Source: Geosiphon pyriformis uo1
Lineage: Eukaryota; Fungi; Glomeromycota
Assembly (NCBI GenBank): GCA_016748015.1
Contig: JAAOMT010000577.1
Location: 416,666 to 480,665, forward strand
Length of the DNA: 64,000 nt
Reading direction: 5' to 3'
The notes under the pieces: generated by a model
The model's input: only the letters and a program-made list of their open reading frames with translations
Told to the model about the DNA's origin: nothing
Databases searched by the model: none
Made by a program: the position numbers and the translations under genes
Shown here: one piece after another, positions 1 through 14,165 of the stretch
Layout of the letters: every line of letters begins with the position of its first letter
Position numbering within the stretch: the first letter of the stretch is position 1

Positions 1-113
1 TCTAATCTATCTCCCTTCTCACCCTCCATAAACTTCTCTAGCTTCTCCACGCATCTCTCATAATGGGTCGTAGCCACCTCTAATTGACGTTTAATATCTT
101 CAACAGCAGACAT
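1..113 (-). CDS. 5' end of a host gene (charged, coiled-coil-like N-terminus MSAVEDIKRQLEVATTHYERCVEKLEKFMEGEKGDRL...), runs off the window
   Basis: ATG at 113-111 is followed by 37 stop-free codons. This is the only stretch with normal GC and retained CpG. A decayed paralog lies at 14865+. Confidence 0.7.
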   Translation of the reverse strand, partial: MSAVEDIKRQLEVATTHYERCVEKLEKFMEGEKGDRL

Positions 114-792
114 GGTGTTTTGCGTGTTTGTTATGGTTTGAGAAGATATGGCCTAATATATGTTTGGTTCGTGTCAATGACGTTTCAGATCTTTGATTTA
201 TCAGTATAAATTTACTATTTAGGTAACAAACCCGCCTTTGTTAAATTACAGGAGTTTTTACTCTATAATATAATTGTTTTTTTAATAATTATTGTATTAT
301 GCAATATTCATTAAATTATTTTTTTTTTGTTAAATTAAGATTATTATTGTTTTATATATTTTAATATTAAATAAAATTCGTTTTATTATTTTAAAATAAA
401 AATAATTGTAAGTTTTAAAATTAGAAAAAATTAAACCAGTATTAAATATATTTTTATTATTTTTTAAATTCTTTAGAAAAATTTAACAATTATAATTTTA
501 AGATTAATTATGTATATTAATTTTTACAAATTTAATTTACTGTTTTAATTAAATTTTATTATTATTATTTCAATTATTTTTAATAATCTTTTTTTTATTA
601 TCTATTTACTCAAATTTATAATAAATAAGTATTTAATTAAAATTTATACTGTTTATAATATTTTTTTTAATTAAATTTGTTAACTTTTTATTTCAATAAT
701 TATTAAAAAGTCTTAATTTTAATAAAAAAGTTTTTAGTTATTATTATATACTATTTAATTACAAAACTATTATTGATTTTAGTATTGCTATT

Positions 793-2575
793 ATGAAGAA
801 ATCTATCAAAAACTCTGGTTTTAATATTGTTAATAAGAATGTTTTTTTTAAGAAAAAAAGAAAATATAATGTTTTAGAAAATAAAATTGTTAATAAAAAG
901 TTGTCTGCCAAAGAAGTAATTAATTGTTTTTAGGATTTTGAAACTAATAATACTACTAAATTCAATAGTATTAATATAAAAAAAAAATTTTTAGTAAAAA
1001 AAACCAGTGTAATTACAGCAAAAAAAATATTTTGAATAAAGACAACATAAACCAAACATTTAAGAAACTTAGATTAATGACCAAAAAAGCATTAGACACA
1101 TATTTAAAAAAGATTAAGTTTATAAGTAAAAATAAAAATAATGTTCTTTTAGATGTTTCTGTAATTTTGTTTTTTTTTTTAAATCTAATTAATATGTCTA
1201 TTAAAAAATTTTTTGTTTTAAATATTAGTTTAGATTCTATAATAAGAAAGTTTTCTTAAAAAAAGTTAAAAATGATCAGAAATTTGTTTTTTGAATTCAA
1301 TAATTTTGGAGAAATTTCTATTTTTTCAAAATTTGTTAAGATTATTTATATATTATTTTACTTCCAAATTAAACTTAACATGAGCAATAAAAAAGACAAA
1401 AACTGTAAACATCTTAGTAAATACCAATCTCAAAAAATTTGTTAAGTGTTTAGATTAAACTATAATAATTAAAAAAATACCAATTAAAACATTAATTAAG
1501 GCTGTGTATATTGTGCTATCTAAATTTGAGATAATTATATCAATTAAAATACAATTGATAAGAATATAATAGAAGACTATAATAGAATTTAAATAATCTA
1601 ATTATGTTAATTTGATCATAGCAAAATAATTTATTCTAATTAGAAAAAATTTTATAAAAATTGTTAAAGCTAATATAAACAAAAAAACATAAACCACAAG
1701 GAATTATAATAGAATACTGCTTTATATACTGTTAATAAAAACAAATACACATAATATTTAGGACTTTATTAAATCTGTAGATAAAAAAACATGTGTAATT
1801 AATTGTTATTCTGTTATATATGCTCAAACCAAGTATATAATAGTTTGTTTTAATTTTGCTAATTTATTAAATGCTATTATAAATACTATATCAGTTCTAA
1901 GTAGTGCAATTTGTACTGATTTTATTTAAATATAACCAAATATACTAAGTATAAGAAATTAGATTATATAATAATTAATTATGCTAATAATAGAAAAGTC
2001 TTTTTAGGTAAATTTTCTTATAAATTTTTTTTTAAATCAAATAAAAGCAGGCTTGCCATTATTTACACTAAACATTTAGCTTCCATTGTTTATTTAGTTT
2101 CTTTTAGTAGAGTTTATTGGACAAAAATTGTTGGTAGTTTCTTATTTCTCTTTTTTTTTTGTATAATAAGTCTTTAAAAATTGGTTTTTCTATAGAAATA
2201 AAGTTTTTTTTATTAATTATGTTAAAAATAAATAATAAGTCCACTGTTTTTAAGTACAGTTTTGCTAGTCTTGTAGAGTAAATTAGTTAACTAACTAAGA
2301 AGTTAAATATACTTATGCCAATAGTTTTTTAGTTTAACTCTAAATGTTAATTGTTAATAATTTTTTTATTACAAAATTAAAGAATGAATATAAAAATAAA
2401 TAAGAGTTCAAGTATAATTACTAACAATAGAACTGTTGTTAAAGCAGTGCTTTTAAATTTATCAAGTTTTTTGAAATTGAAAAATAATATAAAAAAATTG
2501 TTAAATATGGTTTTGAGACTTTTGGCCAAAGTAAACAATTTTGGTTTGGTTTTAGGTTTTTGTTTTTTTTAATAA
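793..2575 (+). pseudogene. LINE1 ORF1 (RRM-like + CCHC knuckle), many stops
   Basis: Collinear with ORF1 relics of LINE2, LINE3 and LINE4 (IKMQL-G--QK, LLYTL---T-AH, KTCVI; knuckle relic ~1940-1985). Confidence 0.75.
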
Positions 2576-5500
2576 CCAGTCTCATTTGAAAAATTACTAT
2601 ATGTAATATTAAAGAGATGAATAATTCTGTTAAGCAAAAGAATATTATTTGCTAGCATAAAAATAAAAGCAATTTTGTATTTATTATTACAAAAACAAAA
2701 TTAAAATATAAGATTTGTTTTTAAATTATAAGTAAATTTAAAAAAATTAAAGTTTTTACTTCGGAAATCAACTTCAATTATCTAAGTTCTGGTATTGTAG
2801 TAATAATTAATAATAATATTGCTAAACATATATGCAAAATATTAGAGATTGTTAATTGACTTTTGTTAATATATTTGTTATTTAAGAATTATTTTTTGAT
2901 TTTTATTTTGGGTTTATATATTAGTGCTACTTTAAAAAAAAATTAACCCAGTTTTATAACATTAATTCTATAGTAATTAAAGCTTTAAATAGTAGTACAT
3001 ATATAGTTCTTAGTAGTAACTTCAATAAAAATAATTCTGGTTACAGTATAAATTTTAGAAAATTTTTGAATATGAATTTATTTAATTTTCTCAGTAGTTT
3101 TTTATTGTATAAGCTTTCTATATGGTTTAATTTTAAAAAAATTAAAAAATGCATAGACTTTGTTTTAATTAATGATAATATTTAAAATTTGTTTTTTAAT
3201 CAACAAGTTTATTGTTTAGATAAGTTTTTTAATATTAATTATTTTGTTATATTAATAAATATTAGTTTGAAAAAACTTTTTAATTCTTAACTTAATTTAA
3301 TACATAAACAACTCACTAAAAATAGATAAAAATACAAAATTTGTAAGATTAATAAGAAAGTTTAGAAGAAATTTAAGAATTTGTTATTGGCTGCTGCTTT
3401 AACTATTGCTAAAAACTTTAATAATTACAAAAAAAAAGCTGACTTTAATAGAATATGGCAGTTGTTTAATAGAATAGTGTGCTTTACAGCTAATATTGCT
3501 TTTTCAAAAACATGGTATTAAAATAATAAAGTGGCCAAAAGTGCTGTATTTTCTAAGTTTTACAAACTAAAATTGCTAGTGTTAAGAATCTTAAAAGCAT
3601 ACTGGTTGGAAAATTTAAAAAAACTTTAAGTTTTAATCAACAAGTGAATTTTTTTGGATTCTAATCAAACAGTAAAATTCAAGAAATTCTTGAATAATAA
3701 TTATGGCAAAGTCTTAATTAAACAATTATTAACTTGTTCTAAAAAAATTTATAAGTCTTATAAAATATCAAAATTTAAAACTACTGAGAATTTTTGTATT
3801 AAAATTGTTATTACTTAATACATAAAAGCTTTTGCTAATAATAAGAGTCAAATAATAAGAAATATATTAAAAAAACCTTTCAAAAAGATTATATTAAATT
3901 ATTTGGTTGATAATAGTAGACTAGTTTAAAATTCAATTTGGTCAAGTATAAAATTGATTTAATTATAAAAAATTGAACTAGAAAATATGTAGTTAAAACT
4001 ACTATTTTTTTTATTGACAGAAATAATTTGCATTTTTTAAGTATGTTGATAATAATGTATTTTTTAGTATAATATTTTAAATTAGTTTTAATAAATTTTT
4101 ATTAGTGATTAAAAATTTTCTTAATAGTAAAACTACTAAATTGTCTGGTATTTTTAATAAAATGTGAAAACATAGTTACAAATTTGTTTTGAATTGTTTA
4201 TTATATTTACTTAATTTGTGTTTAGTGTTTGAATTAATTTTTAATATCTAAAAAAAATTTGGATATTTATAATTCCAAAACTATATAAATAAAAAAATAT
4301 TTTAATAAATACCAGATTTATTGCTTTTATTAAAATCACAAAAAAATATTTTTTATAGATTTTGTCTAATTGTATTTTTAAGGTTTATAACAAATACAAA
4401 ATTTTATACAAAAACAATTTCTTAGTTTTAAAGAGTATTTTAACTTAGTTTTTTATTTTTGCTATTAGATCTGTTATTAAAAATGCTTTGGAAAAAAGTA
4501 AAAAGATTTGGTTAGTGCTTTAAAACATAAGCAAAGCTTATAATTTAGTAAGTTAATTACATCTAAAAAACAATTTCAATTAAATAAAAATATGTAACAA
4601 GTTTATAAAATTTTTTGGTCATATTTACAATAATTATATAAATAGAATTATAACAGATTTTGGTTTGTTTAAGAATTATAAAGTTTATGATAAACTTGAT
4701 TAGAATGAAGTTTTTTTGTTTTTTTTTCAGAAAATTTTTTATAACTTTTTCTTGTGCAAAGTAAAAAAGAATGAATTTTTGTTTAGATATTAAGTAAATT
4801 TCAAATTTGTTGCTAGAACTGACAAAATTAAATTTAATGCTGATTTGATTTTTTATTTAATAACTGGTGCTTTTGTAAATAATACAATTTAAATTGATAA
4901 TTGTAAAATAGCAATACAAAATATCTTGAATATTGCTAGTAAATTCTTTGATATTATGAATATTTCAATAAATATAAACAAAATAGTGTTTATTCTAATC
5001 AATTCAAAAGCCAATAATGTTTTTTAAATATAAGTGAATTTTTTATTTCAATTGCAAAAACTGACAAAGCTTATTGGTATTTAAGTATTTTTTTATTAAC
5101 TAAAAATTTTTTTGGCTTAAATTTAAAAAAAGCAAATTTAGATATAAAATATTTTTCATTCATAATTTTACACAAAGCTATATCAAACAAACAATTTTTT
5201 TATTTGGTTTTAACTGTTTTACAGCCTATTTTTGAATACAAAATACAGTTTAGCTTTATTAATAAAAATATGTGTGATAAGTAAGATTGTTTAATTAAAA
5301 AGATATTAAAGTTTAAAGCCAGTTTATCTAAAAACTTTTTTAATAAAACTATATATTATTTATTTTTATATAATTTAAAATTTTTTAATCAAGTCTAAAC
5401 AGAAAAAAAAATGGCATTAATAATAAATTTTGCTAATACTAAAAATAATTTTGGCTGGCTTTTTAGACACATATTATTGAATTTGCAGATTATAAGTTGA

Positions 5501-7230
5501 ATTTCTCAAAAATTTTTTCAGTTTTTTATTAAATTAAAAATCAATTTTGTAAACAATTTTTTGGCTAATATTACTAAGATTTTTTTGCACAATAATATAT
5601 TTTTGTTCATTAATTTATTCAATGCTTTTTATCTTAAACATAATATTTTTATTTTGAATATTCTGAATCAGATAGATTATTTTCGAATTTATAAATTTCT
5701 AAAATGCTTTGGCATTATTTTTGCTAACCAATTTTTGAATAATTATGAAGAATATTTTGTTTGAAAAAATTTTTGTCAATAGAAATAATTGAATTCCAAA
5801 GTTTAGTTCTTTCCTAGTTTATACAGATTTGGTTTAGTCTAAAATTTTTTATTTATTTTTAAACACTTTTTTAAGATAAGTGTGATTAATACATATAACT
5901 TTGGTATTGTTTGTTTTAATTTAAGAAATATATCTTTGCTTGAAATTTCAATTTACACTAATAATTTAGTTAAAAACTTTGGCTTTTTGGTGTTATAGAT
6001 AATATAACTGTCTACTTTTCTGATTTGAGTTTGTATACAGATGTAGAAATTAATAAATTGTTGTCTTTAATTTTGGCTAAAATATAAATTATTGCTTTAA
6101 TTCTTAAGTGTGTTCCAATTTTATTCAAAGTTACAATCTATTCTGATAGTTAGGCTTTTTTAAATGCATATTAAGCTAAATTAAAATTAGTAACACCTAA
6201 TTTTTACAACAGATATTGAATAAAGCATTATTATATTAATAATTTGGTCAGAAATAAAAATATTTTTGTAAATTAAACCAAGATAAAAGATTATTTGGAT
6301 GTATTAAACAATGAGCATATTAATAAGTTGGCAAATTAGACTACTTCTTTAAAGCTTGTCTTTTCAGTAAATATTAAAAAAATTTTCTAATGGCTGATAA
6401 TAAAATAATGTCTAATAATATTTAATATTTTGTTAGAACTATAAAAATACTATAAAATATTTTCAATAGAAAATTAAATTGAATTTTAATGTTATAAATC
6501 TTTTGTATGTTAATAATATTAATTGGAAATATACTGTTTTAGTTTGGTATCTTAATTTTTATATGGCTGTTGAATACATAAACAAAGTTATTACTGATTT
6601 ACATATGTACTTAATAAAGACTTTACACAAAAAATTGCCAATAGTAGTTAGAAAGCACTTATACAATTACAGTTATTCAAATATATTGTATGTACATTAT
6701 AATGAAATAAAGTTTTAGATTATAGTTTTATTTACAGCTCAAATTTTTCTGTTTATTAAAATCTATTGAATGAACATTTTACTATTTAGTGGTTTTTAAC
6801 TAATACAAATTTGGCTTTATTTATAGTTCTTTGATTATTAATTATGTGTGTTTCTAATATTAATCTGTATATAGTTTTGTGTAAGAGATTTGTTTTTGAG
6901 AATTGGTTGATAAAAGCTAAGGCTTTTTTCAAAGATACTAAACTTACTATGTCTAAATTAGTTAAGTTTATTTAGGATTTGGTTATTGGTCATAAAAAAT
7001 AAATATGAATATCTAATATGAAACTTTAAGCTAAAATAGATTATAAAAGTTTGTTAAATAAAGATAGTTTTATATTTGATATTGTTTGTAGTTTTTTTGT
7101 TAGAATTTTAGGTAAATTTGCTTATTTGTTAAGAATTTAAAAGAATTATGTTATTAGTTTTAAATTAAGAATAAGTTGTCTGTTTTTTACAAATACAATT
7201 AAGAAAGTTTTAATTAATATAGTTGTATAG
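2572..7230 (+). pseudogene. LINE1 ORF2 (APE endonuclease, RT, RNase H, Zn finger)
   Basis: Domain motifs appear in canonical order, with numerous TGG>TAA/TAG/TGA stops. Confidence 0.85.
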
Positions 7231-7266
7231 TATTATTTTAATTGGCCAAATAATTGGTCATATGTA

Positions 7267-10200
7267 TTTTTTTAATTAATAATTAACAAGTAAAGTCCAA
7301 TCACTATCTAGTATACAGAATCAAACTAAGTGATTCCAACTAAATGTGACTTATGCATTGGCTACATATAACCAACCACTTGAGTCAGACAAAACAACAC
7401 TACACATTTACATAAATACTAGCATAATCATCTAAACCAGAAAAAAAAGTACATGGTTTATATCTGTCAAACCTAACAGCAAAAGACTCAATAATACTGA
7501 ATAGATAAATCACCTTATTTGACAAACTTCTAGCCAAATCACAAAACAATTTAGACATTAAACCACTATTTTTTATCAAACCAGCTCTTTTTATATTTAC
7601 TCTATGCTTAAACTTCACAAACCAAATTCTTAAATAATGTTTTTCTACTAAATATTTTACAAATCTGACCATTACCACAATAATTTGTCTTTTTCCTTAA
7701 GGACCACAACAGTTTCATTGCACCAATGTTTCAATACAAAGCTTTTACAAATTATTATATACAATTTCACATTCAATGAGCACTCAAAAAAAGTTTTCAA
7801 AACAGCAGAAAAAGAGCTACAGGTTTTAACCAACAAAATCCAGACATTTGAAGTCTTTAATAAAATTTTTTCTTAAATGTTAGCATTACTAATACAAGTA
7901 AAGACATGATTTAGCAACTCAATTTTCTCACAAAACAAACACAAAACTTCAGAATACAACTTGTTATACAACTTTTTTCTAACTACTACTGATAAACATT
8001 TATGTATTTATTAAATAGATATACAAATTAGCCAACTTTTTGTTAATAAACTTAAACAGCATATGAAAATTAGAGTGCCAAATTTGTATGGTAGACATTT
8101 AATCTATCTTATTAATTAAAAAATCAAGAAGAATATTGTAACCAAGGCCAGTCTTTTACTAAGCACAATTAATTAATCTATAAACATTACAAACAAAATG
8201 ATAAGTGTTGTTAAACACGGCTATGCTTCCAGCCATAATAAAACATTCAATTACTTCAATTGGCAAAGAAAAAAAAGAAAAGGCAGCCATTTTTACCAAA
8301 GAGTCAGTCTTAACATTGTCAGGAACACTTAAATGATTTTTAATCTTTATCTATTAAACTATAAGATGCTTAACTTTTATTAAACTGACAATATGCTTTT
8401 TTTCCATCCAATATTAATTGTGGAAGTTCAGCTTAGTAAATTTAATCTTAAAAACACAAGTATTAATAGCAGTCTGACTGTTCAAATACACTACTATTAC
8501 ACAAGAAGATAAAACACATATTAAAAACAGAACTATAGCCTGTAGTTTAGTCATCATAGAAAACAGAAGCCTATAAATCACAACAGCAATTCTCATATTT
8601 ACCACAAAAAAATATGCCACAGTTTCACCAGCAATCCATGTTCCTTAGAGAACCATTCATATATATTTTAATAACACCCAACCAAATCTTAAGCAAACTG
8701 TTATGTATTTTAAAAAACCCAGCAAATTTCACAACATCTGTACCAAGAAAACCATCAGTCTTTATAGAATTCAACTCCAAAGCACTATTATTATGCAAAA
8801 ATCTCAAAGCCAAGTTAAATTAATAAGATATAAGACTCTTGAAATCCAATTTTTTTTAACATTAAAAAGTTTTTCAATTCATTACACTATTTTTTTTGTC
8901 CAGAAATCTGTTATTAAATGTGATACTAAACTGTTTTGGAGAGTATACTGAATTATAGTACAAGGATCTATCCAAAATATTTAACATTAAAAAATTTCCC
9001 AGATTGCAGAATATATTGGACAAATTATTTATAATATATAACTTATTAAGTAAGAGAATTTTTATCATTCCAGCTAAAAAATTGTTTACTGGACTGACAT
9101 ATAGCTTAACAAAAAATTGCAAAAAATCTAAAAAAGTTTATCCTAAGATCTGCAAATCCAAAAACTTGTGTTTAAATAGATGCTCAAAAATATTAAGAAT
9201 ATTAGAAAAAGTAACCAATGAAGCTAACTTTCTCTTAGTTTAAATCTGGTCAAAAAACTTTAAATTATACAGAAATAAATAATGTAAAGCCTTATTGAAA
9301 AAATCTCTCAGCAAATTGGTCTTTATCTTGAAACTCTTTTTAATCATAGTATTTTATTTGTGACATATATTGAATAAAACAAAACAAAACTGTAATCAAT
9401 AGCCAACAATAGACTGTAAAATTGCTAATATTAAATATAAAAACTATTTGTTAATAATTATTTTTCTTAACACCATATTAAAAAAAAATCTGACATTAGA
9501 GTAACCTTTAAACAAATTAGATCTGAATAGATCTTTAGTTGTCAAAAAAATTTCTAAATATCTATGTGGCTTACTATTCTTGGCAATTAAAATTAACAAA
9601 CCATTGATTTTCAAAATAACATTCTTGACTCTGTAATTAATGAAAATAGTCATGATTTTATCATTGTTAATTAAAATATTATTGATCAAAAAAAATTCAC
9701 TGGCAATGTTTAATATATATTGTGTAAATATCTGACTGTTTCTAATCTAAATAGTGTTATTGATAAAAGCACCAGCTGTAAAAAAAGTTCTTTTACTTTT
9801 GGCCTCAATTTTATCTGTTTTAATCACAAAACTAGTGTTAATATAGTATCCACACAAATGTTCATGTCTTTTTACCTTACATAAAAAAAAATCATAAAAA
9901 ATCTTTCAAAGAAGAAAAAAGAACACTTTATTCTAATTTAGATCATTATGTATTTAATAACTATTAAAAAAACCAAAATCTGTTATTATTCTATTTATTT
10001 TATCCTTATAAATAATACCAAAAAACCAATAAACTTTTTGCATATTTTAATATATTACAAACTAGTTCTTAAATAAATCCAGTCAACAGAGTTATACATC
10101 TTTTATATGTTCTGTAAAACCAACCAAATTTCTCTGTTCTTTTTCAAACCATTTTTAACTACAGACTTGACAGTAAAAATAAGTAATTGTGTTAAAGTAT

Positions 10201-13200
10201 CTTTCAAGACAGAAAAGTTGTCTTCACAAAACACACCAAAACAGCTGTAGGCAAAAAAAATCCAATTTAAGAAAATTTTAGAAAAAATTTTTCTGGCCAT
10301 CTCAATTAGAGCAATAAGTTAAGTATTTGTTAAGATTCTATTCTAATTATAAGGCTTAAAAATTATTAAAATCTATGCCTTTTTTTATAAAGCCAGAACC
10401 ATATCTAAAGTTAAACATATATTTAAAAAACCCAAAAGACATTCAAGCACATTATTATCACAATATTTTTACTACTTATTAGAAATGTCACTTAAATTAA
10501 CAGCTTTTTTATTTGGCAAATTTTTAACTATTTGCATCAATTTTCCAAAATTGATAATCTATATAATATTTGAAAATACACTATTGTTTATATGATTTAA
10601 AAGAACATACTAATTAGTCCAAAGTCCAAACAAAGACTTAAGAACCATATATTTCTTAGTCTAATCTTCTATAATAGTATTAACTTTAATTTTAATATTC
10701 TTAAGTTTCAAAACCAGCTTATCATTAACTACCAAATAATCAAACACCATCTTATAAAAAAACTTTTCTAATATACTTTTGATTATGCATTTTTTGTCTA
10801 AACAAAAGTTTCTTATTTTTTTTTAATTGCACATTTGATAACCATATTTTCAGAAGTTTTAATTTTATGTATTTTGAACTTAAGATAACTTTTTTATATA
10901 TTAAACAAGCAGTTGAAAATCTCTATTAACTTGATACTATTTTGAATCAAGTTTTGTATCTCCAAAGCTTTGCTTTTATTAATGGCCAATTAAGTATAAA
11001 ATAGAAATTCCAACTTAAGCATATTTCTTGACCTTAGAGTTTTAATCATCTTAACAGTCAGCAGTTTCAACTTAAAAAATTTTGATAACTGTTTGTTTTT
11101 TGAGCAATTAAAAATATTAAACCAATGTTTAGAAAATATTTTGTCAGCCAAATCTACCATTACTTTTTTTAACACCTTCTATATCGAATCTAAATTCTCA
11201 GAAACTTCTGTCTTTATAAACATATCTGTTAAAATTAACAATTTATTAGAAGAACACTCCTTAAAATAAGTTTACTTAACTTTATTTATGTCTTTTATTC
11301 TGAACTTTCAGTGATTTTTGTTAGACTGCTTTCTTATATTATTTAATTAAACATCCAAAAGACCACCCAAACCAATCAAAACTAAAACAGTTTTGTAATT
11401 AGTATTGAAAAATTCAGATGCAAATTTGATCTTATAATTAACAATTGCAGATAACAAACCTTTACTTATAAAAATATAATCAATGATTTTTTTAACACTT
11501 TTTAAGTTGTTCTAAGTAGAAGCATTAATTAATAAATGCTTATTAAATGCATTGACCAAACTTAAATCCAAACAGAACTTAAAACTTACACTTTTTCAAG
11601 ATCCATCTTTGTTAAAATTCTTACTTAAAACCACAAAACTGCTAAAATTGATTGTTTTAACTATAAAAAAATTAACTTTTAAAGCTAAACCAAACCTGAT
11701 CTTAACAGAAGTACCAACATACAAACCAAGAATTATAACTAAGAACTTTCTCTTAAAAAAAAGCCATACAAAAACAACATAACCAGAAATTTCTTTTATT
11801 TTAAAAACATATTAAGCCAAAAATTTTTTCATAATAATTACTACTTTAGCTTCAAAAAACTCTTTATCTAAACCAGATGTAAAAATCCACACTTTATTAA
11901 ACTTGTTTACAATCTAAAACTTAATAATAAACCTTAACCTTGTCTTTATAATAATAGAAATCATATTATCTAAATCTATATGCTAATAGACAACATTTTT
12001 CTGCTTAGCAAGAACATTAATATCTTTAATATTACATATAGCAAACTTTTAAACAAGACTGGTTATTAAAAAAAAAGAAATTTTGACCCTAAAACAAGAT
12101 TGTCTACTTTGGCTGAAAGATTCATAACAGTATCTGAAAGATTTATTAAACTGTTTTTTAATTTAAAAACTACAAATAAATTTATAAACACTGTTTTCAT
12201 AACAGTTTTATCACTAGTAAATACACCTAAACTCTTACTTATTATTATATTTGCTCTTTAATTCTGTAATGAAATAATTATCAACAGCTGATGTTTAGAG
12301 CTAAGCTAAAAAACCATTGGTTTAAGTGCATCTAATTTCTTAACCAGCTTGTTAATTTGCTTTATAAGACTGGTAAAACTATACTCTTAAATAACAAATT
12401 TATTATTTATATTGAAAGAACCCAGCAGAAAAACTGAAAACACCACATAAAAAGTAAAATTTTCAGCAATTTAAGTCTAAGTTTTTTTATTAAATGAGAC
12501 CAGACAAGTAATTAGTGTCTGTTTTTTTTTATATATATTTGCCAAACTCATTTGATCCTGAAAGATGACCAATTGTTTACTGTAATCATTCAAATTTTTA
12601 CTTATTGAACATATATCAAAAATGTGACCAAATTGTTTATATTAAGCACAATAAACCAAAGAAAAACCAGCTTAACACAAATTCACATGTTTGAAAACTA
12701 GAATAAAATCAATAGCAGTTTTTTTGAATGCTTTATCAACAAAACAAGTTATAACATATCTATTATGCACATATGAACTAGAATTATAGCCAATAAAACA
12801 AGTTTTTCTACTGTATTATTCTAACAAATTAAAAAAATTATGAGCAATAATGCTAATTGGCAGAGTATACAATAAAGTTTAATAGAAATTTTTTGAAACC
12901 CACAATTGTTTATTACTAACTGCCAAAATCACATGTGCACAAAGTTTTTTTTCATAAAAACAGACCACTTAGATACAACCAAACTAGCATCATCTAATAA
13001 CTCAAATTCTATTAAGATTTTTTATCATAAACTAATAAGCTGTATTTTAATTGAAATAATCTTGCCAACTTTAAAAAAAACTGATTTTACTGCCAATTTA
13101 AGAAGATCTATTGAAATTTTCTTGATAATCATGATCTGATTTATGTAGCTATTTGTTTTTTTTATATTATTATTAACTAAAATTTTTTTTACTAACAGCC

Positions 13201-14060
13201 ATCTTTCTAGCCTTTTTCAAATTAAACTCAGATGTAAAAAAAGATCTAATTATCTTTGGAAACTTTGAGAAAGTAAAAGCTCTTCCAAAATTATTCACAC
13301 AATAAAAAATATTTTTTACACATAATAATTTATTACTATTAGTTTTGCCAAAAATGATAGACAACTCAATATTCAATGCAAATAATTTTGCCAAATTAAA
13401 ACTCTATTTTTTTAACACATGTAATCTGATCAATAAGAATTGCTTAAAGCTATTAAACTTAGATAATAGAAGCAATAAAATATTGTTATCATTGTTTAAA
13501 TTCACAAATAAAGAAGTTTTTGGTAAGTAACCTAATACATATGTTTAAGTATGAGTTTTCTGCAATATAATATTATCTATATTATTGTTGATTACTGAAT
13601 TATCTAAATTTGTATAGCTAATTTCTTCAGTCACTATATTTTTCATGTTTTCTATATTTAATAAACTGTTGATATTACTGGTTTTCTATTAATTTTGTTA
13701 CCTTAAGACACCACAGAGTTTTCATTAGAGATACTAATATCTTTAAGACTTAAAAAACCAATAAACAAATTGATCATACTGATATCTGTATTAAGCTTTT
13801 TTAGTTTCTTATAAGACATACTATAGAAATAAATATTCTCCACATATTTTTTCTTGGTGCTTGAGCAGATTCCCAAACCAGCCAAACCCAAACCAAAATC
13901 ACTAGCAGAAGAGCCCACTAGTTTTATTATAACAAAAGAAAATAAATTAAAAAAAATAATAAAAAAAATACAAAAAAAAAAGAAAAAAAATTAATTAAAT
14001 CTTTGATAAATTTTTACTCCTGTTGTGACCAAGAGATTAATAAAAGAAAGAGTTAAAAAA
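7267..14060 (-). mobile_element. LINE2: near full-length LINE inserted antisense in the 3' UTR of LINE1
   Basis: Poly(A) reads as a T-run at 7267-7273. Its 3' UTR is homologous to 59094-59221. ORF2 runs 12066->7400 (ORF-track fragments ARKIFSKI..DNFSVLK..., C-terminus SIYVNV*). ORF1 runs ~13930->12063. Confidence 0.9.
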
Positions 14061-14062
14061 AT

Positions 14063-14165
14063 TAATTGTTATAGATAGCAAGTACATAAATTATATTTAA
14101 TTTAGAATTTTAAATAGTTATATTATATTAAATAATAATTAAACTTTACTTGTAAATAAAAAAAA
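14063..14165 (+). mobile_element. Displaced remainder of the LINE1 3' UTR and poly(A)
   Basis: aagtacataa...aataataattaaactttacttg aligns with the intact 3' UTR aagtacataag...aatagtaattgggctttactc (59123-59205). A-run at 14158-14165. Confidence 0.7.

Larger units (their letters stand above)
684..7266 (+). mobile_element. LINE1: decayed non-LTR retrotransposon (ORF1 + APE-RT-RNase H-Zn finger ORF2), main body
   Basis: Relic motifs: APE start WKI-TCNI-G-N (~2585); RT TRPIALIE/QDM-KAYDSV (~4310-4550) and AFV(D)(D)TI (~4868); RNase H YT(D)(G)S (~5953) and SDSQA (~6142); C-terminal LPIVVRKHLY...C-x2-C relic (~6635-6740). Stop at 7228-7230. The 5' boundary is approximate. Confidence 0.9.
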
